This document shows, piece by piece, positions 58,290-64,000 of a stretch of DNA of 64,000 nucleotides (positions within the stretch are counted from its first letter, which is position 1; the number at the start of each line of letters is the position of its first letter). The DNA is taken from the NCBI RefSeq assembly GCF_009914755.1, contig NC_060937.1; one strand, written 5' to 3'. The notes beneath the pieces were generated by a model. The model saw nothing but the letters and a program-made list of their open reading frames with translations, did not search any database and was not told the origin of the DNA. Made by a program: the position numbers and the translations under genes. The DNA is from the human T2T-CHM13v2.0 reference genome, Homo sapiens.

Positions 58290-60280
58290 TGCAAAACGGT
58301 ACCAAAAAATTCCTCATAAATCTAAATACTCCCTAGAAGCAAATTTCTCCCACTCTTCAAGAGGTCCATTTAGCACCTTTTCATCTGTTTTCTGATCCCC
58401 AATATTCCTTGTAACCCACCTGTTATAGTAACTGTTAACTGATGACATTACCTCATACTTCACTGAAAAGCTAGACACAATCATATAGGAATTCCCGTAT
58501 CTTTCTAGCATCATCTCCACCTGTGTTAGAAAACATATGCTCTGCTTTTCTTCAGGTTTCAATGGAAGAAATGTTTGTCTTCTCAGCATAGGCTACCATA
58601 GTGTGCTCTGGATCGGATCCTCTCTATGCTTCTCAAGGTTATTTCTGACTCTCTTTGGAATTATTAGTGTCTTTCTCTCTCGTTGCCATGAGCATACAAA
58701 TTTGCTGTAGGATCTCCCTTTTTTAACGAGTGTTTCCATGATCCTGCAATCCTCCACAAAGGCTGCTCCGAATCCTCTGCTCCCTATCATAGCAAAACTG
58801 ATTAAAATAGCTCTCTAATATTCACTTCCCCTATGGCTTCGCTTCCTGACATCTCTTTGATCCCCTTCAGTAGGGTTTCTCTCTCTCACTCCAACCCAAC
58901 GGAACTGCCCATAACCAAGCACCAGTGACTGCCTTACTACCAAAGACAATCTTTAATTCGCCGACCTTATTGCGTGCTCTCAACAACAGTTTAAAGAGTG
59001 AACAGTCTCTCCTTATTGAAATGTTTTTATTTCTTGGTTCCCATGAAACCCACCTTTTAGCTTTCCTACTACTTCCCTGTCCATTCTTCCTCAGTTCCTT
59101 TACTGGCCACTCCTCTTCTGCAAGACTCCCATCTGAGGTCTCAGGAGTCAGTCTTTATCATTTTTCTATCTTTGATCTATGCTTTCCCTCTTGGTGATCT
59201 CCCATAGCTATAGATGACACCTAATTGCATCCAATTTTTTACATTTGGGCCCAACCTCCTTGATGAGATTCATACTCTAATTAATCTAACGGACTACTTA
59301 AAATCTATACTTAGATGTAAACTTAACATTTACACCTCCAACTTAACATATTCAAAACAGAATGTGTGTGCTTTGCCTTTTTGTTATTGGTGGGGTGTGT
59401 GTCTGCGTGTGTGTGTGTGTTGGCCTCCAAAACCTGTTTTTTCCTCCCAGTGGTCTTCTATATGTTAGTAAATAGTGCCATAATCCAATAAACTTACGAC
59501 CCAATTTAGAGTACAAACCTAGGAATCATATCTACCTTCAAAATATACCCTGATTCCACCCATTTCTCAGTTTCTATTGCAAATACCTGGTGTCAGCCAC
59601 TGTGTGATCTCCTGTCTGAACTATCTCTTGCTTGCAGACCTGCTCCATCTCCATCCTGATATCTAGTCTTCACACCGAATCCAAAATAATGTGTTTAAAA
59701 CATTCATCACATCAATTGTCTAGTTAAAAAACCCCCAATGACTTCTGAGTGCATGTAGAATAACATCCAGATTCCTTATTGTGTCCCTTAAGGTGTGGGA
59801 TTTCTCTTAATATCTTTGTCTATTCTCTGACTTCCTCTCCCAACTCTCCTCTTTTGCTCACTGTGCTCCAACCACAATGGCCTTTGTTATACTCTCTAAA
59901 TAAGACAGCCCTATTCTGGTCTCCGGAGTTTGCACTTGCAGTGGCAAGTCACTCTACCTGGGTCACTCTCCCCTCTGCTCCTCATCTAACTGATCCTAAT
60001 CACTAGGTCTCCTCTCAGATGCCAACTCTGCAGAGATACTTCTGCAGACCAACACATTTAAAATTGATCCATATCCCCCACTTCATTCACTATCACACCA
60101 TCATGTTTTATTTTCTTCATATAACCTGTAATAAAGAAAAATTCTTATTTGTGTGTTTAATCTTCACCCTAGAATATAAGTTCCATGACAACATGTATGT
60201 CTTGTTCATTTACTGTATTCCAGGCGCTTAAATCAGGGTCAAGAAGTAGTTGGTGTTCAGTAAATATTTGTTGAATATAG
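58290..60280 (+). mobile_element. Long degenerate L2 (L2a-like) 3' portion
   Basis: tctctccttattgaaa, ttagatgtaaacttaacatttacacctcc, ctagaatataagttccatga...cagtaaatatttgttgaat. Confidence 0.75.
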
Positions 60281-60749
60281 AGATTGATTAATTATAGTAT
60301 GTTGTGAATCCTCAATCAGGTAGAAGTGTCATAAGCTAACGATCTGAGCTGATGCACGAATATAGTCTTTTCTTGATAGTTTTAGTCTTGTGCTAAATCA
60401 CAATAAATACCCTCTAGGCTTAATAGGAGAATGTCACCCAAACACTTCAGGCATGTGGAGAATGTTTTAATGACAGTAAGAACACGCGAGGGGAATTGTT
60501 CAAGCTCTATGCTTCATTTCTTTCTTCAACATGGCAGCATAATTTAATTATACGGTGCCATAAACACCCTTATGCATCCAAAGTCAACAATATGTTTACC
60601 ATAGCCAAGTTGTACAGTTATGAAAAGTTAATTTTTAATCATTTGGTGAACTAATCTTTACTATATCTTACTAGATACAATTACATTGAGATTTGCTGTG
60701 TGTTGAAAGGAGATAGATGTCAACTGTCAAATTGCCAGAGTGGCTGTAG

Positions 60750-61495
60750 TAATATCATACCAAGTAGATGTAAAACAAAAAAAATGTTTCTAGAGTTAAA
60801 ACGGGACATTTCAAAATGGCAAGAGGGTCAATTCATCAGGAAGATAACAAAACATGTATACACCTAATAAATACACAAAGCAAAAATGGACAGAATTAAA
60901 GAAGTATGAAATTCAACGATAATAGTTGGAGTCTTCAATCCCCTCACTTTAATAATGAATAGAACAAGGGAGAAGATCAACAAGGAAATAGAGGACTTCA
61001 ACAACACCATAAACCAACTAGGCCCAACAGACATCTATAAAACAATCCACCCAGCAACAACAGATTACACATTCTTCACAAGTACACATGAAACATTCTC
61101 CAAGACTGATTATACACGAGGCATTGAACATATCTCAGTAAATTCACAAGGATTAGAGTTATGCCAAATATGCTCTCTGACCACAATGAAATTAAATTAT
61201 CAATTAATATCAGGCATTTGAGGCATTTATAAATATGTGGAAATTCACAACAAAATTCTAAATAACCCATGGTAGGAGAAGAAATCACAAAGAAAATTCA
61301 AACAATACTTTGATATAAATAAAAACAAAAACACAGTATAACAAAAGTTATGGGATGCTGAGAAAGCAGTGGTCAGAGGAAAATTTATAGCTGTAAACAC
61401 TTTTTTCTTAAAAAAAAAACAAAAAAAGAAGATGATCTCAAATCTAATTTTCCACGTTAACAAAGAAAAAGAAGAGGAAACTATACCCAAAACAT
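60750..61495 (+). mobile_element. L1M ORF2 endonuclease-region fragment
   Basis: Peptide REKINKEIEDFNNTINQLGPTDIYKTIHPATTDYTFFTSTHETFSKTDY (60955-61221). Confidence 0.88.
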
Positions 61496-62865
<1,370 letters not shown>

Positions 62866-63319
62866 AGCTGTGACTCCTTTCTTATACAATTTGTAGATAG
62901 AATAAAAATGAACTCACGCTCGTTTTCATTGAAAAATTAAACTCAATACTTTGATATAAATAAAAACAAAAACACAATATAACAAAAGTTACAGGATGGT
63001 GAGAAAGTAGTGCTCAGAGGAAAATTTATAGCTGTAAACACACCTTTCTCAAACACACCTTTCTCCTAGACAGCACTCAAACACACCATTCTCCTAGAGC
63101 TATGCATTTTATCTTCAAGACACATGAAGAAATATCACAATACAATTATTATAATGGTCTGAGGGCAGGTCTGGTTGAGAACAAGATCTACCTAGCATTC
63201 CTTGAAACAGAGCTTCCAACTTCCTGCTAACATATCTATGAAGATACAGTACTTCAGGCAAAATATTGATTTTAAAGTAAGATTTTCTAATTCATAGGGA
63301 ATTCTGTTTGTTTTATTTT

Positions 63320-64000
63320 TCTCAAATGGACTTTCTTTTTTAGGACAATTTTGTATGCATAGCAAAATTGAGAGGAAGGTACAGAGATTTTCCCTTTACC
63401 TGCTGCCCCGACACACATATAGCCCCTCCCACTATTAACATCCAGCACCAGAGTGGGACATTTGTTATAGTCAGTGAACCTACATTGATACATCATTGTT
63501 GCCCAAAGCCCGTAGTTTACATTAGGATTCACTCCTAGTGTTGTGCATTCTCTGAGTTTGGACAAATGTGTAATGACATGTACCCGGCATTATAGTATCA
63601 TACAGAGTAGTTTCACTGTCCTCTGTGCCTCATTTATTCATCCCTCCCTCCCCTCTAACCCCTGGCAACCACTGATTCTTTTACTGCCTACATAGTTCTG
63701 CCTTTTCCAGAATCTCATATAGTTGGAATTATATAGTATGTAGCCTTGTCGAATTGGCTTCATTCACTTAGTAATATGCATTTAAGATTCCTCCATATCT
63801 TTTCATGGCTTTTTAACTCATTTCTTTTTAGCACTGAATAATATTCCATTGTCTGGTTGTACCACAGTTTATCCACTCACCTACTCAAAGACATCTTGAT
63901 TTCTTCCACATATTGGTAATTACGAATAAAGCTGCTATAAACATTCATGCGCAGGTTTTCATGTGGACATGTTTTCAACTCATTTGGGTAAATATCAAGG
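63320..64000 (-). mobile_element. L1MC1-like 3' end (continues beyond the window)
   Basis: agcaaaattgagaggaaggtacagagattt...ccctggcaaccactgattctttt...ccttttccagaat. Confidence 0.9.

Overview
Primate (probably human or great ape) genomic DNA that is AT-rich and dominated by interspersed repeats. It contains about 12 Alus, a near-full-length minus-strand L1PB, a 5'-inverted (twin-primed) L1PA16-like insertion, older L1M/L2/MIR fragments, solo LTRs (LTR12, THE1B, THE1D, MST, MLT1, MER21, MER34 and other ERV1 types) and DNA-transposon fossils (a full-length HSMAR2, a Kanga/Tc2 transposase remnant, Tigger3, Charlie1, MER58, MER3/33). I cannot support any intact protein-coding gene, tRNA, rRNA or snRNA. 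The ORFs I recognise derive from repeats or low-complexity sequence; the rest match no protein family I know. The best candidates for function are (i) a CpG-enriched promoter-like patch at about 54.4-55.1 kb with a perfect palindromic RFX X-box, a G4 motif and a minus-strand splice donor, and (ii) a solo LTR12 about 2.5 kb away that carries five CCAAT boxes and a consensus 5' splice site not seen in its sister repeats. Structural oddities are a ~765-bp palindromic AT-rich expansion inside L1 ORF2, a 98-bp displaced duplication followed by serial micro-duplications, a perfect 40-bp duplication in one Alu and a double fold-back micro-inversion in another. Repeat subfamily names come from recalled consensus sequences and need RepeatMasker/Dfam confirmation. 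Boundaries without TSDs are approximate. I could not identify the locus, and I found no convincing new biological system.
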